A stretch of 64,000 nt of DNA from Eledone cirrhosa (lineage: Eukaryota). The stretch's first letter is position 1. Every line of letters begins with the position of its first letter. The notes below the pieces were generated by a model. It made no database searches and was not told the origin of the DNA. It was given only the letters and a program-made list of their open reading frames with translations. The DNA is taken from NCBI GenBank assembly GCA_964016885.1, contig OZ024747.1, positions 88,908,001-88,972,000 of the forward strand. The letters are read 5' to 3'. A program made the position numbers and the translations under genes. This document shows, in pieces, positions 1 through 12,800 of this stretch.

Positions 1-441
1 CTGCATTACACATACAACTCAAAATAAAGGGAAGAAATAACTACTGGAAAATAAGAGTTAATTCCCTTTGTAATAATCTTTATTTTTTATAAACATTTCA
101 GTCAGTTTGTTAAGACTTAAGATCTTTATATTCTGGCTAGATATAAAGAATAAATGGGAAAAAATACAAAAAAAAAAGAAAAAGACAAAAACAGCAACAA
201 CTCAATTTTATGTCTATGAAGCTTAGATATCATTAAATGAAGATCTGGAAAGAATTAATATTTCAAGAAATGAGACATCACCATTTCACAGTACTCAATC
301 TTCAATGATCTAATAGAGTGATAGAGCTATATCTTTAATCATTTGTGTTAAAAATAATAAATTATTAAACACTTGAATACTACATTATCACATTTTTACA
401 CACATTCCACTATAAAATTGTGACTATATATTAAATGTGAA

Positions 442-590
442 GGCATGTTGTCCAAGTGGTTAAGATGTTGGGCTTGTGATCATAAAATTATGGGTTCAAT
501 CTCCAGAATGAGTGGCCCATTGTGTCCTTGAGCAAGGCACTTCATTTGAAATTATTCCAGTAAACTTAGCTGAAAAAATGAGTACCACCA
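442..590 (+). mobile_element. tRNA-derived SINE (degenerate)
   Basis: A-box/B-box-like head (AGTGGTTAAG...GGGTTCAATCTCC) followed by the TGTGTCCTTGAGCAAGGCACTTCATTT core seen in other copies in the window. Confidence 0.7.
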
Positions 591-671
591 GCAACAACAG
601 CAGTAGTTAGGAGTTAACTTTGCTACAGATTAGCATCTATACTTTCAGTCACATGAAACCACAAGAAACTA

Positions 672-3410
672 GGATAAGATCTGGCCTGATGACCTCCAGC
701 TTGGTGAGCATCAACCTGATAAGATCTGGCCTGATGACCTCCAGCTTGGTGAGCATCAACCTGATAAGATCTGGCCTGATGACCTCCAGCTTAGTGAGCA
801 TCAACCTGATAAGATCTGGCCTGATGACCTCCAGCTTGGTGAGCATCAGCCTGATAAGATCTGGCCTGATGACCTCCAGCTTGGTGAGCATCAACCTGAT
901 AAGATCTGGCCTGATGACCTCCAGCTTGGTGAGCACAGCTTGATAAGATCTGGCCTGATGACCTCCAGCTTGGTGAGCATCAGCTTGATGACCTCCAGCT
1001 TGGTGAGCATCAGCCTGATAAGCTGTGGCCTGATGACCTCCAGCTTGGGGAGCATCAGCCTGATAAGCTGTGGCCTGATGAGCTCTGGTCTGGTCAGTTT
1101 GGTGTAGTGAGCTCCAGGGGCTGTTGACCTCCAGCTTGGTGAGCTTTGGCCTGGTGGGCTCCAGTCTGGTGAGTTTTGGTCGAGTCAGTTCCAGCCTGGT
1201 GAGCTCCGGCTTGATAACCTCCAGCTTGGTAAGCTTCAACCTAATGAGCTCTGGTCTGGTGATATCCAGACTAATGACTTCCAGCTTGGTGGTGTCTGGC
1301 CAGGTGAGCTCCAGCTTGGTGGTGTCTGGCCAGGTGAGCTCCAGCTTGGTGGTGTCTGGCCAGGTGAGCTCCAGCTTGGTGGTGTCTGGTCTGGTGAGCT
1401 CCAGCTTGGTGGTGTCTGGCCTGGTGAGCTCCAGCTTGGTGGTGTCTGGCCTGGTGAGCTCCAGCTTGGTGGTGTATGGTCTGGTGAGCTCCAGCTTGGT
1501 GGTGTCTGGTCTGGTGAGCTCCAGCTTGGTGGTGTCTGGCCTGGTGAGCTCCAGCTTGGTGGTGTCTGGTCTGGTGAGCTCCAGCTTGGTGGTGTCTGGC
1601 CTGGTGAGCTCCAGCTTGGTGGTGTCTGGCCTGGTGAGCTCCAGCTTGGTGGTGTCTGGCCTGGTGAGCTCCAGCTTGATGGTGTCTGGCCTGGTGAGCT
1701 CCAGCTTGGTGGTGTCTGGTCTGGTGAGCTCCAGCTTGGTGGTGTCTGGCCTGGTGAGCTCCAGCTTGGTGGTGTCTGGCCTGGTGAGCTCCAGCTTGGT
1801 GGTGTCTGGCCTGGTGAGCTCCAGCTTGGTGGCGTCTGGCCTGGTGAGCTCCAGCTTGGTGGTGTCTGGTCTGGTGAGCTCCAGCTTGGTGGTGTCTGGC
1901 CTGGTGAGCTCCAGCTTGGTGGTGTCTGGTCTGGTGAGCTCCAGCTTGGTGGTGTCTGGCCTGGTGAGCTCCAGCTTGGTGGTGTCTGGCCTGGTGAGCT
2001 CCAGCTTGGTGGCGTCTGGCCTGGTGAGCTCCAGCTTGGTGGTGTCTGGTCTGGTGAGCTCCAGCTTGGTGGTGTCTGGCCTGGTGAGCTCCAGCTTGGT
2101 GGTGTCTGGCCTGGTGAGCTCCAGCTTGGTGGTGTATGGTCTGGTGAGCTCCAGCTTGGTGGTGTCTGGTCTGGTGAGCTCCAGCTTGGTGGTGTCTGGC
2201 CTGGTGAGCTCCAGCTTGGTGGTGTCTGGTCTGGTGAGCTCCAGCTTGGTGGTGTCTGGCCTGGTGAGCTCCAGCTTGGTGGTGTCTGGCCTGGTGAGCT
2301 CCAGCTTGGTGGTGTCTGGCCTGGTGAGCTCCAGCTTGATGGTGTCTGGCCTGGTGAGCTCCAGCTTGGTGGTGTCTGGTCTGGTGAGCTCCAGCTTGGT
2401 GGTGTCTGGCCTGGTGAGCTCCAGCTTGGTGGTGTCTGGCCTGGTGAGCTCCAGCTTGGTGGTGTCTGGCCTGGTGAGCTCCAGCTTGGTGGCGTCTGGC
2501 CTGGTGAGCTCCAGCTTGGTGGTGTCTGGTCTGGTGAGCTCCAGCTTGGTGGTGTCTGGCCTGGTGAGCTCCAGCTTGGTGGTGTCTGGTCTGGTGAGCT
2601 CCAGCTTGGTGGTGTCTGGCCTGGTGAGCTCCAGCTTGGTGGTGTCTGGCCTGGTGAGCTCCAGCTTGGTGGCGTCTGGCCTGGTGAGCTCCAGCTTGGT
2701 GGTGTCTGGTCTGGTGAGCTCCAGCTTGGTGGTGTCTGGCCTGGTGAGCTCCAGCTTGGTGGTGTCTGGTCTGGTGAGCTCCAGCTTGGTGGTGTCTGGC
2801 CTGGTGAGCTCCAGCTTGGTGGTGTCTGGCCTGGTGAGCTCCAGCTTGGTGGTGTCTGGCCTGGTGAGCTCCAGCTTGGTGGTGTCTGGTCTGGTGAGCT
2901 CCAGCTTGGTGGTGTCTGGCCTGGTGAGCTCCAGCTTGGTGGTGTCTGGTCTGGTGAGCTCCAGCTTGGTGGTGTCTGGTCTGGTGAGCTCCAGCTTGGT
3001 GGTGTCTGGCCTGGTGAGCTCCAGTTTGATGGTGTCTGGCCAGGTGAGCTCCAGCTTGGTGGTGTTTGGCCAGGTGAGCTCCAGCTTGGTGGTGTCTGGC
3101 CAGGTGAGCTCCAGCTTGGTGGTGTCTGGTCTGGTGAGCTCCAGCTTGGTGGTGTCTGGTCTGGTGAGCTCCAGCTTGGTGGTGTCTGGTCTGGTGAGCT
3201 CCAGCTTGGTGGTGTCTGGCCTGGTGAGCTCCAGTTTGATGGTGTCTGGCCAGGTGAGCTCCAGCTTGGTGGTGTCTGGCCTGGTGAGCTCCAGTTTGAT
3301 GACTCCCAACTTGGTGAACTTTGACATGATGAGCTCCAGTCTGGTGATTCCATCCTGATGACCACCAGCCTGATGACCTTCGGCCTGATGAGCTCCAGTC
3401 TTTTGAGCTT
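672..3410. repeat. GC-rich intronic minisatellite built on a 15-bp monomer (45-bp units 672-1070, 30-bp units ~1280-3300)
   Basis: Tandem CTGGTGAGCTCCAGCTTGGTGGTGTCTGGC units. The long ORFs in several frames are by-products of a stop-free unit whose length is a multiple of 3. Confidence 0.95.
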
Positions 3411-3536
3411 TGGGCTTTCATTAGACTTCAGCTGTAACTTTTTTTAAATAAGAAACATAAACTTAGAAATGTATAACATTCAATTAATTAAAACTGATTT
3501 GCTCCTTTACGTTTTTAATTCTTTTTCATCAAACAG

Positions 3537-3654
3537 GGGCCATACAGATGACTCTTATACTTGATATCCTTGCACTGAGTGGGTATATCTTTTTCTTCTT
3601 CCTTGGATGTGATAATTTAAAAATAGCAGGTGCAACGTTCCCTTATTTCAATAG
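3537..3654 (+). CDS. SLCO5A1: OATP/SLCO transporter, internal exon (gene starts upstream of window)
   Basis: AG/GT bounded; encodes GAIQMTLILDILALSGYIFFFFLGCDNLKIAGATFPYFN, the OATP 'LGCDN..AG' motif; phase 2 joins the next exon. Confidence 0.85.
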
Positions 3655-4151
3655 GTAAGTGATCATAATCATCATTATCATCATTTAATATCCATTTTTC
3701 TATACATGCATGGGTTAGACGGGTTGTCGCATTATGAGACAAATCAGGTCAGGTGACCTCATGTCATGTTCATAAAGATCTATGTTTTGGCTCGGTTTCT
3801 ACAGCTGGATGCCCTTCCTAACACCAAACATATAGTCTGGACTGGTTGCTTTTTGTGGCACGGCACTGAAATGACCATCTAACAGGACAGACTGGGTGCT
3901 TTTTGTCATGTCACCAACACAACAACCTTACTGAAAGGACTGGGCAATATTTGTCATATCACTAACATGACCACCTTCTTACAGGGTGGACTGGGTGATG
4001 TTTGTCATATCACTAGCACGATGACCTTACAGGGTGGGCTGGGCGCTTTTTTTGTAATGTCACCAGCATCCCACTATATAATGTGATGTCTTTTGTCTAC
4101 TATTTTGAAATCTTAGTTTATAATGTGGTATCTGACACCCGATGTCTTGAT

Positions 4152-4596
4152 ATCTGCATGGGAGTGAAACATGGGCAGCAACTGCAGAGGATATGCAACG
4201 GCTGGAGAGAAATGGAGTAAGTATGCTCCGCTGGATGTGCAATGTTAATGTGCATGAACGACCAAGCATAGACAAGTTGAGAGAGAAACTGTATATAAGA
4301 AGGATAAGCTGTAGTGTGCGGGAGAGAAGACTGCATTGGTATGGACATGTGATGCACATGGAGGATGACCGCTGGGTAAAGAAGTGCCATGAAATCTCAG
4401 TGGAAGGAAGACACAGTAGAGGAAGACCACGAAAATCATGGGCGGATGTGGTGAGAGCTAACCTCAGATCGCTGAAGCTCACGGGGGAGATGATGAAGGA
4501 CCGTGACGAATGGAGAGATGCTGTGCTGAACAGGACCCGTCCCACCCTTGCAAGCAGGGAAAAGTGGATGTAAAATGATGATGATGATGATGATCT
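4152..4596 (+). mobile_element. RTE LINE 3' fragment inserted in a ~40-bp minisatellite
   Basis: LHGSETW...RRLHWYGHV...GRPRKSW RTE C-terminal motifs and a (GAT)n tail; the repeat TTTATAATGTGATATC...GATGTCTTGA continues on both sides. Confidence 0.9.
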
Positions 4597-4791
4597 CATA
4601 TCTGATTGTCTTGATATCCCAGTTTATAATGTGATATCGTATATCTGGATATCTTGATATCCCAGTTTATAATCTGATATCTTACATCTGGATGACTTGA
4701 CATCTCAGTTTATAATGTGATATCTTATACCTGGATGTCTTGATTTTTGCCATTTTATATCTTAAGACTATTCTATTTTTTTTATATCCAG

Positions 4792-4966
4792 TACTGGTCA
4801 CAAGATAATGGAGGCAAATTTGACATCTGCTTGTAACTCTAACTGTGACTGTTCTCCCAATCATCTTGAGCCGATCTGTGGAATAAATGGTATCACTTAT
4901 TTTTCCCCATGTCATGCTGGCTGCACCAATTATTATGTTAATCATAACAATGCTTATCATTCCACA
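4792..4966 (+). CDS. SLCO5A1: OATP/SLCO exon, Kazal-like extracellular domain
   Basis: [31 protein letters not shown]; acceptor CCAG at 4788-4791, donor GTAAGT at 4967. Confidence 0.93.
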
Positions 4967-5451
4967 GTAAGTACAATTTACCTCCCTTGAATTTCTATTT
5001 TCTTTCTTTTACGAAATCTTGATGGATATTTTTGGAACATTATGTCATTTTTTCCATTAGAGATATGATATTTGTTCCAGTAAGTTCTAATGCTAGGGGG
5101 AAATCGATTAAATCAACACCAGTGCGTTATCTCAGCAGGGTTTGAACTCAGACCTCAAAGGGCCGTAACAAAGTATGTTGTCCGACGCTCTACCGATACT
5201 GCTAATCCACCATCCTTAAATTCCATATTAATAATAAAAAAACAAGTGTTTCTGGTATGTAATAATGAGATTTCAGTCCAATGTTTGAATTTAAACAATT
5301 TAACATGGGTGATTTGGGGTAGGTTGGTATAGAATCAGGGACAGTTTCAGGTGGTTTCATATCAAAAGGATTAATAATAAGTTATTTCATGTTTGTAGAG
5401 GCATTGTTATATTTGATCATATCTGAAATATTGCTTTCATGTCTTTTACAG

Positions 5452-5639
5452 AACTACAGTGGCTGTTCATGTATATTAGACAACCATCTTGCCAGTTCTG
5501 AAGTTGTTGTCTTACCTTTGGCAACAAGTGGTCCTTGTAAAACTACCTGCAAAAATTTACTACCATTTCTAATCTTGTTGGTTGTGATGACATTTTGTGT
5601 TGCAGGGACACAAATGCCGCTGTTAATGGTCACCCTCAG
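5452..5639 (+). CDS. SLCO5A1: OATP/SLCO exon
   Basis: NYSGCSCI...ATSGPC...PLLMVTLR; TTTTACAG acceptor, GTAAGA donor. Confidence 0.93.
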
Positions 5640-5813
5640 GTAAGATCTTACCCTTTTTTTTTTAGATTATCTCGGCTTTCAAGTCATTTTAAATTTCAAT
5701 TATTTATTGTAAATTTATGTAATACATGAAACAGCTGGAGATGGATGAATGGACTCAGTAATAAGATGTGTTTGTTCTTTCTTTCACCAAATTCTATTTC
5801 TTCTCATTATTAG

Positions 5814-5878
5814 GTCAGTTGCCGAAGAAGAAAGAGCTTTTGCTCTAGGAATGCAATTTGTTTTATTTCGACTCTTTG
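5814..5878 (+). CDS. SLCO5A1: OATP/SLCO exon
   Basis: SVAEEERAFALGMQFVLFRLF, resembling SLCO5A1/Oatp30B; canonical splice sites. Confidence 0.93.
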
Positions 5879-6420
5879 GTAAGATAATTTACTGTAGTTT
5901 CTATATTTTTGTTAGTTATAATATTCATTGTCACACTTGGTGGTGAAATGATGGTTGTTTTCAGTCTTGTCCCCCCCCCCCCTTTTTTTTTTGGTTCTCT
6001 CTCTCTGGTCATGTGTTTTGGTGTGTTGTTTTTGTGAGGTTCCTGGCAATGGCTGTTGAATTTGTTATATATGTTTATAAATGACATTATATTTGTAATG
6101 TTACTCTGAAAGAATTATGAGCAACTTGTAATGTTATTTATGTATTTCTAATGTTCTTTATGTACTTGCAATGTTATTTATACAACTGTGAATAAAAAGT
6201 GTTGATAATTAAAATGAAATTAAAAAAATAAAAGATATTCATGTAGATCTATATGTTTACCACTGGAAACCTTGCAACAGGAAACAAAGGTTTCAGAAGA
6301 TACAAGGATAATATTCAGAGCTGAGTACCTTTCTTCTATTCTCCTGTAACAATAACAGATTCAATCCTGTTGGCAAAACATTATGAGATGAAGTTTAGAA
6401 CAGTTATTGATTTTGTACCA

Positions 6421-6900
6421 TAGATCATCTCTGATCTAACAGACTTATCACATCAAATGTATTCCAGTGGTGATCATAACATCTTTTGTATCTTTAGATC
6501 AGGCCTGATCTAACAGACTTATGACATCAAATGTATTCCAGGGTGATCATACCATCTTTTGTACCTTAGATCAGGCCTGATATAACACTCATACAACATC
6601 AAATGTATTCCAGGGTGATCATACCACCTTTCATGCCCTAACAGACAGGATATAAAATATATTCCAGTGATCATGCCATATTATGAACTCTAGATCAGCC
6701 CTGATTTAACATACTTATGACATCAAATATATTCCAGTGGTGATCATACCATCTTTTGTACTCTAGATCAAGCCTCATCTAAAAGACAAATGTATTCCAG
6801 TGGTGATCACTCCATCTTTTGTACCTTAGATTAGGCCTGATCCAAGACTTATGACATCAATATATATTCAAGCAGTGATCATTACATCTTTCATGCTCTA
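6421..6900. repeat. ~73-bp minisatellite, about 6-7 degenerate copies
   Basis: TAGATCAGGCCTGATCTAACAGACTTATGACATCAAATGTATTCCAGTGGTGATCATACC units start at 6421, 6495, 6567 and onward. Confidence 0.85.
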
Positions 6901-7105
6901 AACAGACTTCTATCTCATATGTTTAGACCAAAAATAAACACTATGGCCCAATGAATCTCTGAGGCCTGGTAAACACTAATTATGGTATATAGTTGCTTAA
7001 TTATGCTATAGTTGTTCTCTAAGTTCTAATTTTGGTATCTTTTTTAATGAAAATTTGAATAACTTCTTAGCTACAGATGATTATTGAGTTTTTGTTTTAT
7101 TTCAG

Positions 7106-7234
7106 CCTATATTCCAGCTCCAATACTTTTTGGTAATATCATCGACACAGCATGTCTGTTGTGGAGAAACAAATGTGGCAACAATGGTTCTTGTCTTGTC
7201 TATGACATTGTACAATTTCGAAATAAATATGTTG
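7106..7234 (+). CDS. SLCO5A1: OATP/SLCO exon
   Basis: [34 protein letters not shown], a conserved OATP C-terminal motif. Confidence 0.95.
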
Positions 7235-8654
7235 GTATGTCACAATACTACTTATCTATTCATGTATTCGTGAGTGAATAATATTATTATTATTAATATT
7301 ATTATTAATATTCAGTTTGTTTGTAAGCAAACAGCCTCATTAACACCAAACTGAAAGGGTATCTTAAGCAAATAGACTTTGAATCCCAAATTGCTTTTCT
7401 ATATAAGAAAAAACTGTCCTGTTGAGCACTGCCCATATTCTCAGGAAAGTATTGTCTGTCTAAAGTGCTTTTTGAGACCCGACAAGCAGTAAAAAGATCC
7501 ATTATTTATCATATTCACTGAGCAAACCATACAATGATTATTTTTTCTACGTTTGGTACAAGGCCAGCAATTTTTAGAGAAGGGAAAGGCCGATTAAATT
7601 GACGCCAGTGAATTACTGGTACTTTATTTTAATGACCCTGTAAGGATGAAAGACAAAGCTAACCTTTGCAGGATTTGAATTCAGAACGTAAAGGACCGTA
7701 ACTCTATGCTGTAAAGCATGGTTGTCCAACTCTCTACTGACACTGCCAATCTACCGTCCTAATAATAATAATAACAACAATAATAATAATAATGTTTCTA
7801 CTTTTGGCATGATTTCCTTGCCACACAGGGCTTACATTAAGAAAACGAAGACAAAACAGGACAGTACAACACCCTGTGTCATCTTTAATATTTTCTTGAT
7901 GTATGGCCTGTATGACTAACAAAGGAATCAGGAATGAAAGATATGGGTGTCTTGGGTGTCAATTTACAATATGATAATGGTATTTAGGGTGACTGTTTTT
8001 ACTAGGAAGTAACAATGTCATGTTCTAGTTGGAGATAAGAGTGTTTGAGATTTTGCTGTGGAAGCTAAATGTTTACTGGGAAATAAGAATATCATGAATC
8101 TTGGGTAATGACCGAAAGAATATGATCGCAAGTACAATCGGTCAAAATGAGATTCCTCCGAAGGGTCTTTGGGGTAACGTTACTCGAAAAAGTGCATTGC
8201 TTGGAGATCAGAGTCACTCCAGGTAGAGCTGCTACTTCTCCAAATTGGGAGATCACAGCTCCAATACTATGGGCCTGTGGTTAGAATATCTCAGGAGAGT
8301 ATCACTGGACAGATTTTACTGGCAAAATTAACCAGCAAGAGACCCCGAGCAAGATGGTTGGATAACATCCATAAGCTTGGCCGGTCTCACTTGGGATCTA
8401 GCATTTGAGGACTCTACCCCCAAGACCCTCACAGGAATAAGTGAGTGAAGATGTTCAAGTTGGTGATAAGAGTGTTTGAGATTTTGATGTGGAAGTTAGA
8501 TTCCTTAAAATTAACTAATTTTCTTATAAATTAGATGGAAGGATGAAAGTTAAAGTTGACTCTTGAAGAGATTCAAACTTAGAACAGAGGGACAAAACTA
8601 AATGTTATTTCTGTTACTCATTCTTTTCTAAGATTGACACTCATATTTTTCTAG

Positions 8655-8752
8655 GTATCTCTGCTGGATTAAAAGTTCTTGCAACTTTGCTGTTTTTTAT
8701 TGTCTGGTTATTAATACGCAGGAAGATTGATGATTCAAAGTTTACAATGGCT
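8655..8752 (+). CDS. SLCO5A1: OATP/SLCO exon, last TM helix
   Basis: GISAGLKVLATLLFFIVWLLIRRKIDDSKFTMA; phase 1 matches the previous exon; GTAAGT donor. Confidence 0.88.
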
Positions 8753-9325
8753 GTAAGTATTAAATTTCTTCTTTTCCAGGAACAGACCTTGTTGATTATA
8801 TAGTTCTATCACTACTTACACTGGTGCACTCCAGACCTGCAAGCCACCTCTTATAGTCAGGTCAACTGAGCTAGTCAAAAAAACGTTCCTTAGTATAGAA
8901 ATACACACCTTCACCAATTAAACCAACACCTTAATGATGTAGCCCACTACCATCACCATATCAACATCAACACATTTATACATACATGTTTATTCGATAT
9001 ACATTTGATTTAGCACAAAATATTTTTAAAAAACAAGTTTGTTAATTCAAATGTCTATAGTGGACATGTTTACATATGTATTGGTAAACATTTGCAGTAA
9101 GTTAAAGTAAAGACTTCAAGTTATATGATGCAGTTATAAGGGTGATAAATAAATAAACATGAAACTATTACAAATGTCTTAAATATCTAATTTTATGCAA
9201 TTCAGAGTGAAATAATTTTTATTTTTGGTTTGTAATTTTGAAAGCAGTGCTTCAGTATGGCCTTAGCTGTAATTGTTGAAACAAATGAAGGAACATAGTA
9301 GTTTCTAATGTTTTGTCTTTTGCAG

Positions 9326-9505
9326 GTTACTCAGTATGTGGATCCTGTATATTCAATCAACAAACTATCTAAACTGCCTGAAATCCCAGCCACACAAACA
9401 AATGCTGATCCATCGCACAAAGCTATGATGACACAGCCAACTTCAGTAATGGATACTGATGATGGACTAACTTTCTCTTCACAAACATATGAATCTCATG
9501 TATGA
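9326..9505 (+). CDS. SLCO5A1: OATP/SLCO terminal coding exon
   Basis: TTTTGCAG acceptor, phase 0, ends ...TYESHV-TGA. Confidence 0.8.
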   Translation, partial: VTQYVDPVYSINKLSKLPEIPATQTNADPSHKAMMTQPTSVMDTDDGLTFSSQTYESHV

Positions 9506-11334
9506 CACTACAAATCATTGTTATTGATGACATTCAGTTCTTCAAAAGTATTGTTGTTTGTTATAAAGTCATAACTGATCAAAGTACACCCATTTCCACC
9601 CATCTAAACATATCTCTATATACAAAAAAAATAAAAAGTCCACCCATTTAAACATATATCTACATGTATAATTATATTGACGACTCAATTTGGTGAGATC
9701 CAAAACAATTTTACTCAATGGCAGTTATGTTGTAATAGCAGAAGTCTGAAGCCACAACTAATAGGTCTTCATTTCATATTCTTATCTTAAAAACAACAGT
9801 TTCTATTACTACTACTACATCTAACACCATTATATTATATCATCCATGAATGTGCTTGACAACAGTATCCTTTCAGTTTCAATGTGATAGAAAATAGAGA
9901 TAAATTAAATGATAGTATCAAGACGTTATGAAAATTACTGCCCTTTATTGCAATTCAACTAAATTTTGTGCTGAAAATTATTTGAGCCTTGTTTGGTTTT
10001 AGTAACTTTGGCCATCTTCTATATTGTATAATCTATTGTAGAATTCATGAAAGCCCTCAACACTGTTAATAGTCATGCAAGAGTATAGTTTTTGTTAATA
10101 TTTACACTTTCATTATTACCCATCAGTAATGTGTTACAACCATTATAGAAGCAGGCATGGCTGTGTGGTTAAAAAGTTTGCTTCACAACTCTTTGATTTT
10201 TGGGTATGATCCTGCAGCATGGAACCTGGGGCTTAGTATAGCCTTGAGTTGACCGATGCTTTGTTAGTAGAATTTGGTAGACAGGAACTATGTGGAAGTT
10301 CATGAGACTTACTGAATTCAATGGCAAACCACCTCAGTAATGTGCCATGTAAGCTTTAGACATTTCACAAGGTTAGCAGAAGTCAAACATAACTTGACAG
10401 TTTCTTTCCTTTACATTTGCATTATTCATACTTCATTATTGCTATTGATACATTATTTATAAACTGACAGGTTTTTGTGGTTTTCTTTTAGTACTAAATT
10501 CTTTAAGCATCAAAATTATGTCCGTAAACCTGATTTTACAGAGGAGTATTTTGTACAGACTTTAGCACCTGCTACAATCCTCGACAACTTGCAGCGTGCT
10601 GGGGATCAGGAATTAGGTCCTTACAATTTTTCCCTCAATTATAGAAAATATTAATGAAGCTCTGTTTTGTTGTTAATATTTTTAGAAACATTAAGGGAGC
10701 GGGACTGGCAATATTGGTAGAGTATTGGACAACATGCTTTATGGCATAGGGTTACGGCCCTTTATGATCTGAGTTCAAATCCTGCCAAAGTTAGCTTTGT
10801 CTTTCATCCTTCAGGGTCAATAAAATAAAGTACCAGTAATGCACTGGCGTTGATTTAATTGACTTTCCCTTCCCCAAAAATGTTGGCATTGTGCCTAAAT
10901 ATTTTTAGTAAGGTGCGACATGGCTAACTCTTACTTTTCAGCATGGACACTAGCCGGTGATGATGATGATATTAATGGCATAAAAATAAAAAAAGTACAG
11001 CCATCATTCACAATCAAGTATGATTTGTCACTATGATGCCCTATCACACCATCAGGTGTTATGGCATGGCACACATACATATGTATGTATGTAGTTAAGT
11101 CATGATTGTGAAGACAGAATCTTGTCTCGTATCCTTTGGTGTCTGTCTTCATTATGGATTATGAGGCATTTGATTTCCCCATTACTACAAAGAAATCCAT
11201 GAAGGTTGGTTGGTTTGGTGGCAATGACTAATCTAGATTTTACCAACATCCCTTTGTTAGTGGGTGAAATCATATATACTCAAACCTTTCTGTCAAGAGT
11301 AAAATCCAAAGTACAACAATGTTAAGCTATATCT

Positions 11335-11535
11335 TAACCCTTTGGCATTTAAACTGGCCATATCCAGCCAGAAGTCTCCCACCTCAATCTGTTCAAACTG
11401 GCTGCTCATACTGATGTTAAGGTATTGTTCTCAAAATAAATAACATTAAAATCTCGTAGATTCAATATTATGTGAGATAATTATGTAATGAAAATATAAT
11501 AGTAAATATAAAGTAATGTAAATATAAAGGATTAA
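11335..11535. mobile_element. piggyBac-type MITE (related copies ~27152-27380, 29960-30168, 33495-33708, 35225-35426)
   Basis: TTAA-CCCTTT...AAAGGG-TTAA-like ends and a shared internal sequence among copies. Confidence 0.75.
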
Positions 11536-12030
11536 TCATTTCTTTTGCTCAAAATTAGCAGTGTCGTACTCAAGTGATCTTCTGATATCAAGTTCCTCAG
11601 GTCAATGATGACAAGCTTCATAGAGGGATACAAAGGTTTGTAGAGGCATTGCCTTGAAAATGGTCATTGAAGAATACCTGGACCCTCCACTTCTTCAGAC
11701 AACTCAAGAAGGAAATATTTATAGCAGTAACATGAGTGAAACTAGGTCTCTGGCTAATTCCATTATGGCTGCACAACATGACCATCAACATCTACTGGAT
11801 GGTAGAAATTGATCAATGAGCACCTCTGTGGTGACTTCCCCCAGTTCATCAACAACATAGCAAGACACTGTCTAAAACATCTAGTTTCTTAGTAGCCTAA
11901 TCATCATCTAGAAACTGACCCATCTAGGGATGAATCATGGGTGTAATTCTAAAACTACAGTTAAGACATTTGTGGAGCACAGTGATACCACAAATGTTCA
12001 TATATAGGATGCCACAAATGTTTATATATA

Positions 12031-12295
12031 TAACAACAATGAGAGTGTGGTAAGATACCAGGTGGACCATAATGCACCAAAGTACTCGATACTTGGGGTA
12101 GTAGAGTGGCTAATATGAAACGATTCAGGACCCTGATGGCTGAGCTCTTGCTGAGTCCGGAACTAGCTGTTGAAATGGCAAGAGCTCAGCCATTGGGTCC
12201 CAACTCTTTATAATATAGCCATACTCTACTACCCCAAATATTGAGTACTCTGTTGAGAAATGGTCTAACTAGTTTTAAACTGGTTCTATCCTGAT
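12031..12295. mobile_element. (TA)n-flanked fold-back element, Penelope-pLTR-like family also at 40754-40898, 41191-41383 and ~34765
   Basis: Long imperfect hairpin; the left arm is the reverse complement of 41260-41383; centre CTGA-GTCCGGAACTAGCTGTT-GAAA is a decayed hammerhead-like core. Confidence 0.65.
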
Positions 12296-12489
12296 ATATA
12301 TATAGAATTATAGCATTATTCAGTTTCCATTAGCATAATCAATTAATTTGATTATGTAACAAGAATCTGAGGCCACTTACAGTAGTGTTTTACTCAACGG
12401 TTGAATTATTTCATTTGCTAAATCCAGTGGTAGTTCCACTAAAGATTCCAAGTGTAACAATTCTCGGAGTATATATAGAAATTTACAAA

Positions 12490-12750
12490 ATATATTTAGA
12501 ACATCACATCCCAGAAGAATCGGAATAACATGTATTGCATAACACTGACATGTGTTTCATTGATGTGTTATTTGAAAATTTGTAGTGTCAACATATTTTT
12601 TAAGTAGTTGGATTCGATTTAATTTGATTGAACTAGTCAAATATTAGCGATCCTAGACGGATATGTAACACATCAATGAAACGTGTCAGTGTTATGCAAT
12701 AAACGTTATTCCCACTCATCTGGATTATGATGTTTTAAATAATAATTCTT
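12490..12750. repeat. Imperfect inverted repeat next to (TA)n carrying the 3' half of a hammerhead
   Basis: GGAATAACATGTATTGCATAACACTGACATGTGTTTCATTGATGTGTTA pairs with TAACACATCAATGAAACGTGTCAGTGTTATGCAATAAACGTTATTCC. Confidence 0.7.

Positions 12751-12800
<50 letters not shown>

Noticed and set aside
442-510. tRNA gene (also at other SINE heads)
   Set aside because: A/B boxes run into SINE bodies; no complete cloverleaf
672-1090. Repeated CTGATGA as hammerheads, or the array as a CRISPR
   Set aside because: No GAAA box or closing stems; no unique spacers or cas genes; eukaryotic context
649-3421. 700-890-aa ORFs on both strands as protein-coding genes
   Set aside because: Produced by a stop-free 30-bp tandem unit; no unique domain; the array lies in an SLCO intron
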